A stretch of 64,000 nucleotides of DNA from Octopus vulgaris (Eukaryota). Below the pieces are notes generated by a model that ran no database searches, was not told the DNA's origin, and saw only the letters and a program-made list of their open reading frames with translations. Below, in pieces: positions 13,640 to 26,232 of the stretch. Made by a program: the position numbers and the translations under genes. The stretch is taken from NCBI GenBank assembly GCA_951406725.2, contig OX597828.1, positions 33,542,001 to 33,606,000 of the forward strand, written 5' to 3'. Within the stretch, counting starts at the first letter, position 1. Every line of letters begins with the position of its first letter.

Positions 13640-14045
13640 TCTTTTCTCTATACTTGTTTAAGTCATTGCAATACGGCGGTCATGTTGGGGCACTGCTTCC
13701 AGTGTAATTTATTTGAAACAAATCGTCTCCAGTACTTATTTTTGTAGTATCGTTCAATTTTACCGAACTACAAACTTACAAGGACGTGAACAAATCAACA
13801 CCGGTTGTCGAGCACTGGGCGTACAAGCCTAAGCAGAAAGGTACACACACACACACATTCGTATATATATATATATATATACATACAGGACAGGCTTCTA
13901 CACAGTTTCCGTCTACCATATTCACTTATAAGGTATTGGTCGGGTTGAGGCTAAAGAAAAATATACTTGCCCAAGGAACTGCTCAGTGGGATTGAACCCG
14001 GAACAACGTGATTGCGAAGCGAGCTTCTTAACCACACAGCCAATC
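13640..14045 (-). mobile_element. Diverged SINE family A
   Basis: Colinear similarity to 3033-3444. Confidence 0.75.
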
Positions 14046-14124
14046 CTATATCTATGTAAAATAAAAACTGAAGAATTAGTCAAGCTATTACTACCTGTGG
14101 GATAATATTTCTTTGAGATATTAA

Positions 14125-14830
14125 CTTTCCATGACGCACATTATGGTAACTAGAACAATATGGAGTACTTCTTGTGCTTTGCAGCAGCATTCAGCCGGAA
14201 TTGTTTTGAGCCGGCTCCGACCAACGAATTCAGCACGTCCCTCACAGTTGCTGACCACATTGCTGTTGAGTTGTAGAGTTCATGTTCGGGGTTTCAGCGA
14301 GAATCCAGATTCACATGTGGTCCCCGGTCACATACATACACACTTTGATATAGTGATATCCGTCGATTGTTGAGCATTCGCCGAGCAAGTCACTGCAGAT
14401 TGTCGGAGCAGACGTAAGCCGGGTTCTAGAGCAGACGTAAGCCGGGTTCTAGAGCAGACGTAAGCCGGGTTCTAGAGCAGACGTAAGCCGGGTTCTAGAG
14501 CAGACGTAAGTCGGGTTTTAGAGACATGCTTGAACAAAAGCTAAAGAATGCTTACCTCACTCCCAGTGCTCTTCCAGCACGCCACGCCAGACACCAATCC
14601 GCAATTTCGAAGGGCCCGTGCTATAACTAGATAGTCGATGAACTTACAATAGGATCATCCGTCCTTTTGACAGGTCTTGTTTTTGTCCTGCTGGTTTCTA
14701 GCAACACTCCTCATCAGGCATGTCTAGTGAGGCTGTCGGTTTAGTCGCTGGTGATTCGACCCCGCAATAGGATGAACTGGATTCTATGTTACCAGTAGTT
14801 CTCATCAGAGACCTCACAAATGACGCGACA
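14125..14830 (-). mobile_element. Probable LINE (RTE-like) 5' region
   Basis: GC-richer block with an NVR-like APE start near 14130-14150; weak. Confidence 0.35.
14406..14523. repeat. 23-bp minisatellite x5 (gagcagacgtaagccgggttcta)
   Basis: Four identical units plus one with two substitutions, no spacers. Confidence 0.95.
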
Positions 14831-16259
14831 ATGCAGTAGGAATACAAAACATAAAACCAATAAAGTTGACCATCTTAAGACTAATGAATCAAAAGAACCT
14901 GAATCAGGATCGGCGAAGTACCAGGAATCGACCAGTCCTCACCCAAAATTGCAGGACTAACGTTTAGAGTAAAAAGGGCTATTATAGTGCTACGGTATGT
15001 GTACTAATCCCGTTCTGTTCTCGGAAAACAGAACGTAGCTCCATAATTCATATGCGGCAGATGATATCTGGAAAAATATAAATCTGCAAGACCTTCTTAA
15101 GATTTAAAGGGTTATTAGGTGCACAAAGAAAAATATTCTAAAAGGTTTTTTTTTTATCTTTACAATCTTCCTTCTGCGCGGAAGGTCAGTCAAAGAAACT
15201 CTAAAATTCAAATCAGAAAGTGAATACGTACGCACATACTTTAATACATACATACATACATACATACATACATACATACATACATACATACATACATACA
15301 TACATACATACATACATACGAAGAAACATACAAGCATAGGTACACAAGTTGTATAGCCGCAGTTTTATGACTGAAAAAAAAAAACATACATGTACACATA
15401 CACACACACACACATATATGTATATATATACACATACACATAAACACATCAATATATACACACACATATACACATACTCATATGGCATTGTTTGCTTTTT
15501 TCCGAGGTCACTATACATATACAAACATATGTGTACAAGGGTGTACGGATATGTATGTGTGCGTGTTTGTATGCATATAAACATATGCACCATACCCAGA
15601 CACCAAACACACGCATATGCACACATATAGCGTGTGAGTGTATATGTTTGTGTGTAAGAGTATATATATATATATATATAACATAATATATATATTATGT
15701 TATGTATCTGTGTGTTTGTGTGAGTGTGTGTGTGGAAGATATATATTCCATTAAAAAATTATTTTTGATAATAACGTAGTGCAGCGACGATGGGGAAGGT
15801 GGGGTCGTTGTGATTTCGATTTACTGCAGGCAATTAACTGTAAGGTGAAAAATTAAAAGGGTCACTGCTTCTTGAGCAACCTACATTACGGATTTAAAGA
15901 CCTCCACAACGCTATTTATTTTTAAAACAACCCGCTGGTCTTGCGTACAATTAGTTCGTGATTTATAGCTATAGAAATATTGGACAGGTTATGGTAGTCG
16001 TCGCTTTGAGCTGTTTTCGTTTTTCCTATAATGCCACAAAATCTAACTCGGTTTTCAAGTTTGATAAACATTTAAACTTATACGAAGTGGCTAACTTATT
16101 AATTCGCAGAATTTTAATGATTGATTTTAATACAAATAAAACCGTTGATTCACATGGGTGGCTAAAGAATTAATATCAAGCGTGGCCTCACATCAAACTG
16201 AGACTAGGTTCAGGAAATGTCTTTCATTACTTAGAGAGAGGACAGTAGCTGGATACAAG

Positions 16260-17430
16260 CGATAGATGGGGTCGGGCAAAATGCCTTGCGATAGTTGGGG
16301 CAGTTATCTCTTTCTCATTCTCACTATCTCTATCTCTCTCTCTTTCTCTCTCTACCGCCTTCGTTTTCCATCTCTCTCCCTCCCTCCACCTCCCACCTTT
16401 CTCCCCCCTCTCTCTCTCTATTTTCTCCCTCTCTATCCCTCTCTCTCCCCAATTATTTTCCTCCTCTCTCTCTCTCTCTCCTTCTCTCTCTCTCTCTCTT
16501 CTGAGTTCAAATCACGCTCAGGTCAACATTACCTTTCATCATTTCGGAAACGATAAAATAAATACTAGTCATTTACTGGGGTCGAGATAATCATCTCATG
16601 TCCCCCACAAAATTTCAGGCCGTGTGCCTATTGTAGAGATATTTACCAAGGGAGGACAACAGATTGATAAAAGTGTTAAATTATTGGACAAAGTGCCTCG
16701 TGGTGTTTGTGTCGGCTATCTCTCTCTCTCTCTTTCTCTGTCGCTTTCTCTCTACTTCTCTCTCTGTCTTTCTCTCTCTTTCTTTCTTTCTCTCTCTTTC
16801 TTTCTCTCTCTCTCTTTCTCTCTACTTCTCCCCCCCTCTCTCATTTCCCTTTCTCTTTTCCATTTTCTTTTCTAGCTCCAAATCATTCTCAGATCAATAT
16901 TATCTCTCATTCTTTCGAGAGCGATACAATAATATTTTCTACTAAAGACACAAGACCTGAAATTTTGGTGGAGAGGATAAGCCAATTACATCGACCCCAG
17001 TGTTTCACTGATACTTAATTCATCGACCCCGAAAGGATGAAAGGCAAAGTCAACCTCGGTAGAATTAGAACTCCATACATAAAGATGGACGAAATGCCGC
17101 TAAGCATCTTGTCCAGCGTGCTAATAATTGTGCCAGCTCGCCGCCTTGCGTTCGATACAATACTGGAACAAACAAATGCCAGGATCAGTCGAATCGATTT
17201 ATCCTCCCCACCCCGTACACACAGACACCAAAGATTGTCAGACAAAATGCTTTCAGTATTTTCTTACACATTTCGTTTACCTTCACTTTGCGAGTTCGAA
17301 TTCCGCCGGGATCGACTTTAATTTCATCCTCCCGGGATCGAACCAGTTGAGCATTTAGGTCGGTGTAATCGACAAAACTCCAACCACGAAGTTGCTGAAC
17401 TACCTTGTGCCAAAATTTGAAACCAATATA
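16260..17430. mobile_element. SINE family B cluster with CT-rich expansions
   Basis: Plus copies at ~16260-16640, ~16650-16940 and ~17240-17430; minus copy 16950-17146. Confidence 0.7.
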
Positions 17431-17470
17431 ACTGTTCTATATATTGCAGAGAATAGCAGAACTAGTTATA

Positions 17471-17818
17471 TCTTTATATATAAAAGTGAAGTTGTGTGTC
17501 TGTCTCCTACGATTTAGATTCCTAACTACTCTCACATTTTGCGGTGCAGTTTAACCAAAACCGGGTATCTTATAGTCATGATTCATATCGAGCCCTTCTG
17601 GGTATTAGCGCGCATCATTTTTTCCCATTTTAATGCATTTTTCGCTATTATATAAGGGAAGTAACTCTCTAAAAATGTCTACGATGAGTCAACGATTTAA
17701 AAAAAAATTTACCATCATTTTTTTCCATTTTTAATGCATTTTTTTGCTATAACTCTCTAAAAATGCTTATATAGTTATTTCCCTTACAAACCCGAGCAAC
17801 GCCGGGCGATACTGCTAG
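17471..17818 (+). mobile_element. Non-autonomous Helitron
   Basis: A|TC start; hairpin plus CTAG|T end shared with other copies. Confidence 0.88.
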
Positions 17819-17923
17819 TAATGGATAAAATACTTTGCTTCCCACTACGTTCTTAGCTCAAATCCTGTGGTGGTGGTGGTGGGTCTAATTTGCATTTCCT
17901 TTTTATGTGACTAATAAGATGTA

Positions 17924-18818
17924 CGTGGTCTGATCAATAAGTATCTGGCCTATTACCATAGTAACGAAGATAAAGCACGCAGAGTAAAGCCACTTGGCAC
18001 AGGCTGACCTGCAAGTCTGCTGTGCATGCGCTCTAAGTTTGAACGTTCTAGCTCATATCCGCTGATTACAGCAGTACTTGGAAGAAACGTGTGTAGCGTG
18101 TGATCGCCGCATTGACCTTGACTGAGAAAGTTCAGCAGAGAATCTGCACCAAATTTGACCAAAAGCTTGGCGATACCTGCTCAGAGGCCTATACAACTGT
18201 TTCAAAGAGTTTTCATCGTTCTCGACACATGCAAGGAGATCTTGTGCCACTGAAACCCGAGTGTCTTTTTGGTCAGCTGAAAGTAGTTTTGGTACAAAGT
18301 TGGTAGACACGCAAATCATACCCAAATCTTCAGTGATAATGGACTGAACTGAACCGTAACTAATCTGCATATCCTCTGATATCCCACGGATAGGGATTCG
18401 ACGATTTCCCCTCACAGCTGCACGTACATCCGCGATGTTTTGCTCAGCTCTGCTGGTTGCGGATCTCCCAGAACGTTCACCAATATCGACATTTTTTCGG
18501 CGATCTTGGAAACGTCTGAACAACTCGTACATTTGTGTGTCGCTCATACACTCCTCTCCATACACTCTCTGCAACTTTGCGCAGGTCTTCGAGCAGGTAT
18601 CACCATGACATCTTTCTCTGCCATGATCAATGCAATGATCACACGCTACACCGCTTCCTTCCAAGCACTGCTCTAAACAGCGGAAGGGAGCTAGAACGTT
18701 AAAACTTAGTGCGCATGTACAGCAGAGTTCAAGTTTAATCTTTGCCAAGCAACTTTACTTTGCGTGCTTTAGCTTCGTTACTATAGCAACAGTCCGGATA
18801 CTTATTGATCAGACCTCG
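17924..18818. mobile_element. mariner derivative with long inverted ends
   Basis: TA-cgtggtctgatcaataagtatc...gatacttattgatcagacctcg; transposase HTH region RVYGEECMS...RSGR...FVPKLLS on minus strand. Confidence 0.88.
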
Positions 18819-18904
18819 AATACTAGTTAAATAATGGACTTCGATAAATCGATTGTTCCCTGATATTGATTCCCTAAGTTAGGAATCCATATTATACTTT
18901 AATA

Positions 18905-19335
18905 AGACGTCGAGCTGGCAAAATCGTTGCAGTGCCAGAAAAAAATGCTTAGTGGATTCTATCCGCCTTACGTTCTGAGTTCAAATTACGCCGAAGCTGA
19001 CTTTGCTGTTCATTCTTTCGCGGTCGATAAAATGAGTACCAATTGAGCACTAGAGATAATTGATTTACCCCTCCTCCAAGAAAATTGCTGGCCTTGTGCC
19101 AAAATTTGAACTCAATAAGGCGGTGAGCAGGCAGAATCATCAACATGCCGAACGAGATGCTTAGTGACATTTAGTCCGTCTTTACGTTCTCAGTTCGAAT
19201 TCCTCCGAGGTCGAATTTACCTTTCATTTTTTCAGGGTCAATGAAATAAGTACCAGTTAAACATTGGAGTCGATGTAATCAAATTAAACCCCGACAGGAA
19301 ATTGCTGGCCCTGTGCCAAAATTAGAAATCATTTT
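18905..19335 (+). mobile_element. Two tandem SINE family B copies
   Basis: Repeated gagctggca...gttcaaatt...gtcga core. Confidence 0.8.
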
Positions 19336-19655
19336 TTACCGTCTTGTAAAATTCAACTCGCCTGTTATCTTTGAACGTAGAACTCCAGAGAGCTGAAAAA
19401 CAAAGGTGACCACGGTGGAATTTGAACTCTGAGGAAAAGAATAATCTTTACAAAATTAAAAAATAATAATTTTTAAAAGGAAGAAATGCTGTATCTTATT
19501 TATCTCTTTTTTCTGTTAAATAACATATTCAATGGCAAAGAGACATTTCTTTTTAGTGTTCAAGCGATTGTTCTACTCTTTCGTGCAAGTTTCCTGAGTT
19601 GAAGCCACGTTGATGTTGCTCCAACCGATGGAATCGTGTGCTGAAACAAAAAACA

Positions 19656-19926
19656 ATTGCAGCGTGGAAGGTGTTTATAAGCCATTTAAAAACACACAAA
19701 ATCCGATAGATTCACTTCAACATTTAAGCTTAATTTGCCAAAGTATTTTCGTCGCTTTGAGACTGCGACCTGATCATTAACAAAATTCCGTGCTACAGCT
19801 GTTAGTGAACAGGTCGAAGTCTCAAAGCAACGAAAATATTTTGGCAAATTAAATTTAATTGTTGAAGTGAATCAAACGGTCTTTTTGTGTTTTTAAATGG
19901 CTTATAAACACCTTCCACGCTGCAAT
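19656..19926. repeat. Inverted repeat (19656-19782 / 19800-19926), PLE pLTR-like family Q
   Basis: Reverse-complement arms; same family as 29854-30075. Confidence 0.9.
19800..19848 (+). ncRNA. Variant hammerhead motif (G3-C8 core)
   Basis: tgtta-GTGAACA-g-gtcg...caac-GAAA-atat-TT-tggca. Confidence 0.55.
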
Positions 19927-20373
19927 AATAATTTTAAAAAGGGAGAAATGCTGTGTTTTATATAGCTCTCTTTTCTGTCATATGACATATTCAATGGCGA
20001 AAATCTGTTATGTAACCTTCTCGCGCGAGTATCACTCGAGCTTAACACGTCATTATTGACCAGTCAATTTATACGCTAACTGAAAACTTCCTGGGCCACA
20101 TTCCTTCAGACTTAATTCGCGATACGGCTCCTTCTATTATAGATTTTTCAAAGTCTTATGTGAAACTGGTAAAATCTATTCCTTTATTTAAAAATCTAAT
20201 TAGATTCTAATTAATTCTACTATATTTTCTATGTATTTTCAACTTCATTTCTTCTGTGCTTCCACCTGGTTGGACTAATAACAATTTATGTGTGAATGTG
20301 TGTGTATATATATATATGTATATATATATATATAGAGAGAGAGAGAGTGAGAGAGAGAGAGATATATACCTAC

Positions 20374-20409
<36 letters not shown>

Positions 20410-21159
20410 GTATACATGTACATTTAAGTGTGCGTGTGCATACACATACACAGACACACAATATTGATAAAATAAATTCATGTGATATCAGCATTATATA
20501 TATATATATGTACACCCACACACACGTACACATACATATATTTTTGTGTGTGTGTGTGTGTGGTTGAGTGTGTTTGATGTGCGTATATATCTATATAAAT
20601 ATGTATTTGTTCTCTTGGGAATTTATATGAATATATGGCATCCCTTATTTGCTCTTTGATGAAATACTTCGTCATGTCCTTCAAATTGATATTGCAAATA
20701 TTAAAAGGTGTACAGAGTTTTAAAGAAAAACAATTTTGTCTCGAAGATCCGCAATAAATATCGCAATGCGTTTTATCCGACACACAAACAACTCTGCTAA
20801 TTAATTATTTCATCTTAAGGCACCGATATAAATGGTTTAAAAGAGCTCAGTAATTTTAGTAGCTGTCAGGATTGAAGAATTGAAGAGACTGACGTTTCAG
20901 GATTTTGTCCTTTATTTAAAGTGAGAAAGTGTGAGAAAGATAGAATAGTGTTGTCGGTTTACATGGCAGCTCACCGAACCTACCATTACCACGGTCTCAC
21001 TCTCTTACCTTCGGACAATCCTTTTCTCTTTTCTCTTCATGACCATTGAGCTTGTTCAACCTCTCTTGATAGTCAATTGAAGTAAAATTCGTTAATGTAA
21101 TAATAGAATATGTTGCTGGCAACCAGTTATTGTGGCACAGACTGAAAGTTATTTTACGT

Positions 21160-21790
21160 ACACACATGATGGGCATGACATATTGTTGCAACAGGTTCGC
21201 GTAAATAGGATCAGTAACAGAACCGTCAAAACAGAACGTTATAATTAATCCCTTTCTTGATAATCTGCACCAAACTGTAACTCCTGATAAATTAATATGT
21301 AATAATCGGATTCTCGAATCCCCAGTAAGTATAACTGTAACGGTTAATTGAGTCATTTAATTAAATGTAGCCTCACCACTCCAAACAATCTCGGTCGGGA
21401 GATGTGGGTCTTTTCCACATCTCATCAAGTGCCACTCGCAAAGCACCAATATTCCGCCGGATCACCTTCATTAAAAGCATGGGCTATCCTTGGGGTGTCA
21501 TATTTCCAGTGACAACGCTTCAGCGTGAACTCTAGCCATGCGTTTCTGGTATCCTTTCTTTATTTCTGAGATTCACTGATGTCCTTTGTCTACAGGAATG
21601 GTTTATATGGATATTCTGAACAAGATCTATCTCCTTCAAACTTATCTCTGTTTAGAATGATGGTAAGACGCGCGAAAGTTCTATTTGAAACCACTCCCGA
21701 AACTATTTCTGCCCTTCAAACTTCCAGTAATACGTTGGTATAAATACCCTTTGTTCGAAGTTTAGTCTGGTTACCTTAATTATGTCTAAT
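21160..21790 (-). mobile_element. Degraded Tc1/mariner-superfamily transposase
   Basis: WSGEATF...[27 protein letters not shown] motifs. Confidence 0.65.
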
Positions 21791-22273
21791 CAGTTAAATC
21801 TAAAGTGAAATTAAAATTATCGAGTTATCAGCTGATATAGTATCTATACATTTTGGTGGGGGAGGATACCGTTATATGACGAGTTTTGCACAGGTTTTAT
21901 CTACCAAATTATCTATCACAATGCTCCGATCGACCCCCAGTTTTTGACAGATGACTAAAAGACACATGATGATAGTATCAGGCTGAAGAATCAACTATTT
22001 TCTTTTGAAGCAAACAGCTTAACTGCAAAGTCATACCTTGATTACAAATCCATTTGTATACGTATCGCTAACCCTAAGCTGAAAACTCAAAACAATATTT
22101 ATTCTTATTTCTAGGAAGGTATTCTGTGTTTTTAAAACACAGAACACCATCGAACAAATATAATTTATATTTCTGTATTAAACTGAAATCTTCTTGCATT
22201 TTCCTCTGTTCAGGCGAGAATAGCGTAAGCCTAATGTGCCATAAGTTACTGGATTCAGTCTTGTTATGCTTAC

Positions 22274-22347
22274 CTAAGTTCTTGAGAGTTTTCACCTAAG
22301 TTCAGATTAATTGTCAGTTTTTCTGGGAAACTCGATGTCACAGCCAT
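22274..22347 (-). CDS. Candidate first coding exon of an unknown host gene (MAVTSSFPEKLTINLNLGENSQEL...)
   Basis: gctATGG start context, 24 codons plus 2 nt, then AG|GTAAGC donor; lies in a ~1.2 kb repeat-free block; no homology recognised. Confidence 0.3.
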
Positions 22348-23466
22348 AGCAACGTTGATTAAACAATCATTCTGTTGTGATTTGTGTCCCTCGTTGCTTT
22401 TTGTGGTTTTCCACAATGTCAGAGTTTTTATTGGTGGAGGGGAGTGTTTTTTCTTTCTCTTTTCTACGATCAGGTTTGTTTCAGATGCAGAAGTGTCATA
22501 ATACTTTCTCGATTTATCATTTCCAAGAAACATTTCAATTACATGTTGGAATGTATACATAGATTCCAAGAAAAATATTGGCGAGCAGCTTGTTCGGCTG
22601 ACATTTATAATCGTTCTCAAAGAATACAATTTTTCTCTTTTCTTTTTTTAGTTGTTATCAAATATGTCACATTTTGTGTCATCCCGCTATCAGGTCAAAC
22701 ATTTCTAAGATATTGTATCTAACAGACTTTATATATTGTATATTTGACATTGTACAGGTTCCAGCAAGTTGTCTGTTTCTTTCTACATCAATGGTTTCCT
22801 AACATTTTTGAGTTCACGGAACACAGGCAAAATAATGTTAACTTTTCAGCTTTTGCAAGCACGATTGTCTAACATAGCTGCCAAAAGAATGGACGTTTTC
22901 TTTTTTTCTTTTTGCCGTTGCTATTTGAAATATGAAATACATAAATTTATGGATATATTATCTGAACGAAAATATCACACCTGAGCCAAACTATTTGCGA
23001 ACAACTGTTTTACGTGTTACATTTGCAGAGCCAATTACAATTTTCGCTTATTTAAAGTGGTTTTGTGCATGTTTAAAACTAATAATATTTTATCATAATT
23101 TCTTCCATGTCAAACGCTTCTATTTTTTTAATAACACATACATATTATAATTATTTTAATAACACACATACATCTCAATATTATTACTTATTGAGCTGCT
23201 AGTTGATAATGCTTCATAGAGTAATATTTCTCCCCCAAGCTTAAGACGTCGTTGTTTCTCTCTAAGATCAGCACATCCATTAATACTTATTATTAACACA
23301 TTGCTCCGTTATATTGCAGCGATATAATGACTTCGCCTTTTATCAAAGAGCAAATAAAGTTTACCATATATTCATATAAACTTCATAGAAGAACTAATAC
23401 ACGAATGTCACACATACACATTAACGCACTTTTAACACACACAAACGTATATATATATATATATAC

Positions 23467-23525
<59 letters not shown>

Positions 23526-23620
23526 TAATAATAATAATAATAATTTGAGGGAATATTATTCCTAACTTACAGGGAAAAATTCAATTTAGAAATACTAAAT
23601 CAAATTTGAAAAAATATATT

Positions 23621-23974
23621 ATATATATAAAAATTAGAAAAAACACCTTTTATCAATTCAAAATGAACAATTAAATTGCACCATCTAGAAAATGACATAT
23701 AATAGAAATATTAAATACAAAATAACAATAATATACCGATGATTAACAAATGTGCAAAATAATAAATAAAACGTATATATTTGGCAGAATAACGACACGT
23801 GTTTCGTGGCTGTATTTCTTTCTTTATTTATTTATTATTTTCCACATTTCTTAATCATCGGTATATTATTGTTATTTTATATTTAATATTTTTGTTATAT
23901 GTAATTTTATAGATGGTGTAATTTAATTGTTCATTTTTAATTGATAAAAGGTGTTTTTTTTCTAATTTATATAT
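23621..23974. repeat. Inverted repeat (~23621-23771 / 23825-23974) with half HHR in spacer
   Basis: AT-rich reverse-complement arms; minus-strand GAAA-cacgtg-TC at 23794-23805. Confidence 0.85.
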
Positions 23975-24042
<68 letters not shown>

Positions 24043-24043
<1 letters not shown>

Positions 24044-24335
24044 GTGAAGGTGTATGGCTCAGTGGTTAGATCGTCGAGCTTACGATCGTGAGGTTGTGAG
24101 CTCGAATCCTGGACCGGGCTGGGTGTTGTGTTCTTAAGCAAGAACTTTATTTCACGTTGCTCCAGTTCACTCAGCTGTAGAAATGAGTTGCGATGTCACA
24201 GGTGCCAAGCTGTGTCGGCCTTTGCCTTTCCCTTGGATAACACTGATGGCCTTAAGAGGGGAGGCCGGTATGCATGACAACCATGCCCGGACTTTCTAGG
24301 TGCAATCCCATGATCTATATCGTGACCGAAGGGGG
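24043..24335 (+). mobile_element. SINE family D (tRNA head plus CORE-like domain)
   Basis: tggctcagtggttaga...gctcgaatcc A/B boxes, gtgttcttaagcaagaactttatttcac; relatives at 53537-53780, 12930-13120(-), 56440-56620(-). Confidence 0.75.
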
Positions 24336-24339
24336 TCGC

Positions 24340-24378
<39 letters not shown>

Positions 24379-24384
24379 TATACA

Positions 24385-24700
<316 letters not shown>

Positions 24701-25089
24701 TGACAAATTGAATAAATATTCAAAAATATTTATATAGTTAATATTATTAATTATTGTCATTAGTAAAATGAATAATAACAATAATATAGGTGGCCAACAA
24801 GCTAAAGCCGATAAATGGCAAATCCAAAATTATATAATAAATTCATAATTGTAATAGGGCACACGTGGTGCCAGCTTTGTTGTGAAAATCAGTCGAAGAA
24901 TCCTCTAAGAAAACCAACAATCCCTGGGAAAATAACAAGCACAACACAAATCAGGCTACGAGCAAAGAAATTAACTTACCATCTCGGCAGAGATATATAT
25001 ATATACATATTGTGTGTGTGTGTGTGTGTGTGTGTGCATATATATATACATATATATATACATATATATATATATATACATATATATAT

Positions 25090-26054
25090 GACTGAAGATT
25101 GAAGGCTTCGAATGTCCCGTCCGTGTTTTTTGTATCGTCTTCTAAATGTTTTACGTTCTTGTCCCAGTTTGTATTTTTCTACATATAATATATATAGCAG
25201 CCCCCGTACCCTTTTTGGTCTTGTATGTAAGTACATATTTCTTTAAATTTGGTACGACTCTATAACACTGTCTCTCTCTCTCCCCCCTCTCCTACATTTC
25301 TCAGCCTTTCACACTTTGCACTACACTTTGATCTGCCTCTTTCTCTCTCTCTCTCTCTCTCTCTCTTCTCCTCCTCCTTCTCTCTTTTCTTGCCTCTGAT
25401 TCTTTGGTCTCCTCTCCTCCCCCACTCTCTCACATTTCTCTGTCTTTCTCACTTTGCACCTCACTGATTCTGTCGCCAATCCAATCCTTGACACGCTCTC
25501 TTTCTTCTCCCCTCTTTAATTCCTTCTTTCTCTCCCTTTCCGCCCCCCTTTGGTACCTTTGTCCCTCTTTTTCTCTCTCTCTTTGATTCCTTTGCCCCCT
25601 TTTTTTCTCTCTCTTCTCCTCTCACGTGACCGCCGGTCAACTAGCCTTTCGGCTTCTGACCACCGCCACGACAACACCGTTTTCTTCGTCTGCCGCCAAG
25701 GCATTTTTTTCCAGATACGCCAGCTAAGCTTCGTTGAACTGTCTAAAGTCGTAAGACACCTGCTGTTTTTGTCCTGTTATTACTATTATTGTTTTTTGTA
25801 TTTATATTCGTGTGGCATCGTCCATTTTTCTGTCCTTGTTTCGTATACATTCGATCCTTTTTCCAAGAAATCTAATGTTCGTAGCTTAGTTTTTCCTTGG
25901 GGCTGGCCGGATCGGAGCGATCTCAAGATTAATCTGCCGAAATTGCGAGGATGATCCGGTTCTTGACTGAAGATTGAAGGTTTCGAATGTCCCGTCCGTG
26001 TTTTTTGTATCGTCTTCTAAATGTTTTACGTTCTTGTCCCAGTTTGTATTTTTC

Positions 26055-26065
<11 letters not shown>
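25090..26065 (+). mobile_element. Family P element with partial terminal duplication (25090-25195 = 25965-26065) and CT-rich interior
   Basis: Near-identical ~105 bp direct repeat at both ends, typical of PLE partial-tandem pLTRs. Confidence 0.6.
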
Positions 26066-26132
<67 letters not shown>

Positions 26133-26138
26133 ATATAC

Positions 26139-26232
<94 letters not shown>

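Noticed and set aside
14406-14523. CRISPR-like short direct repeats
   Set aside because: No spacers, no cas genes, eukaryotic context.
20888-20922. Minus-strand HHR-like agg...cct-GAAA-cg-TC-agt
   Set aside because: 5' core reads ttaaataa; too decayed to call.
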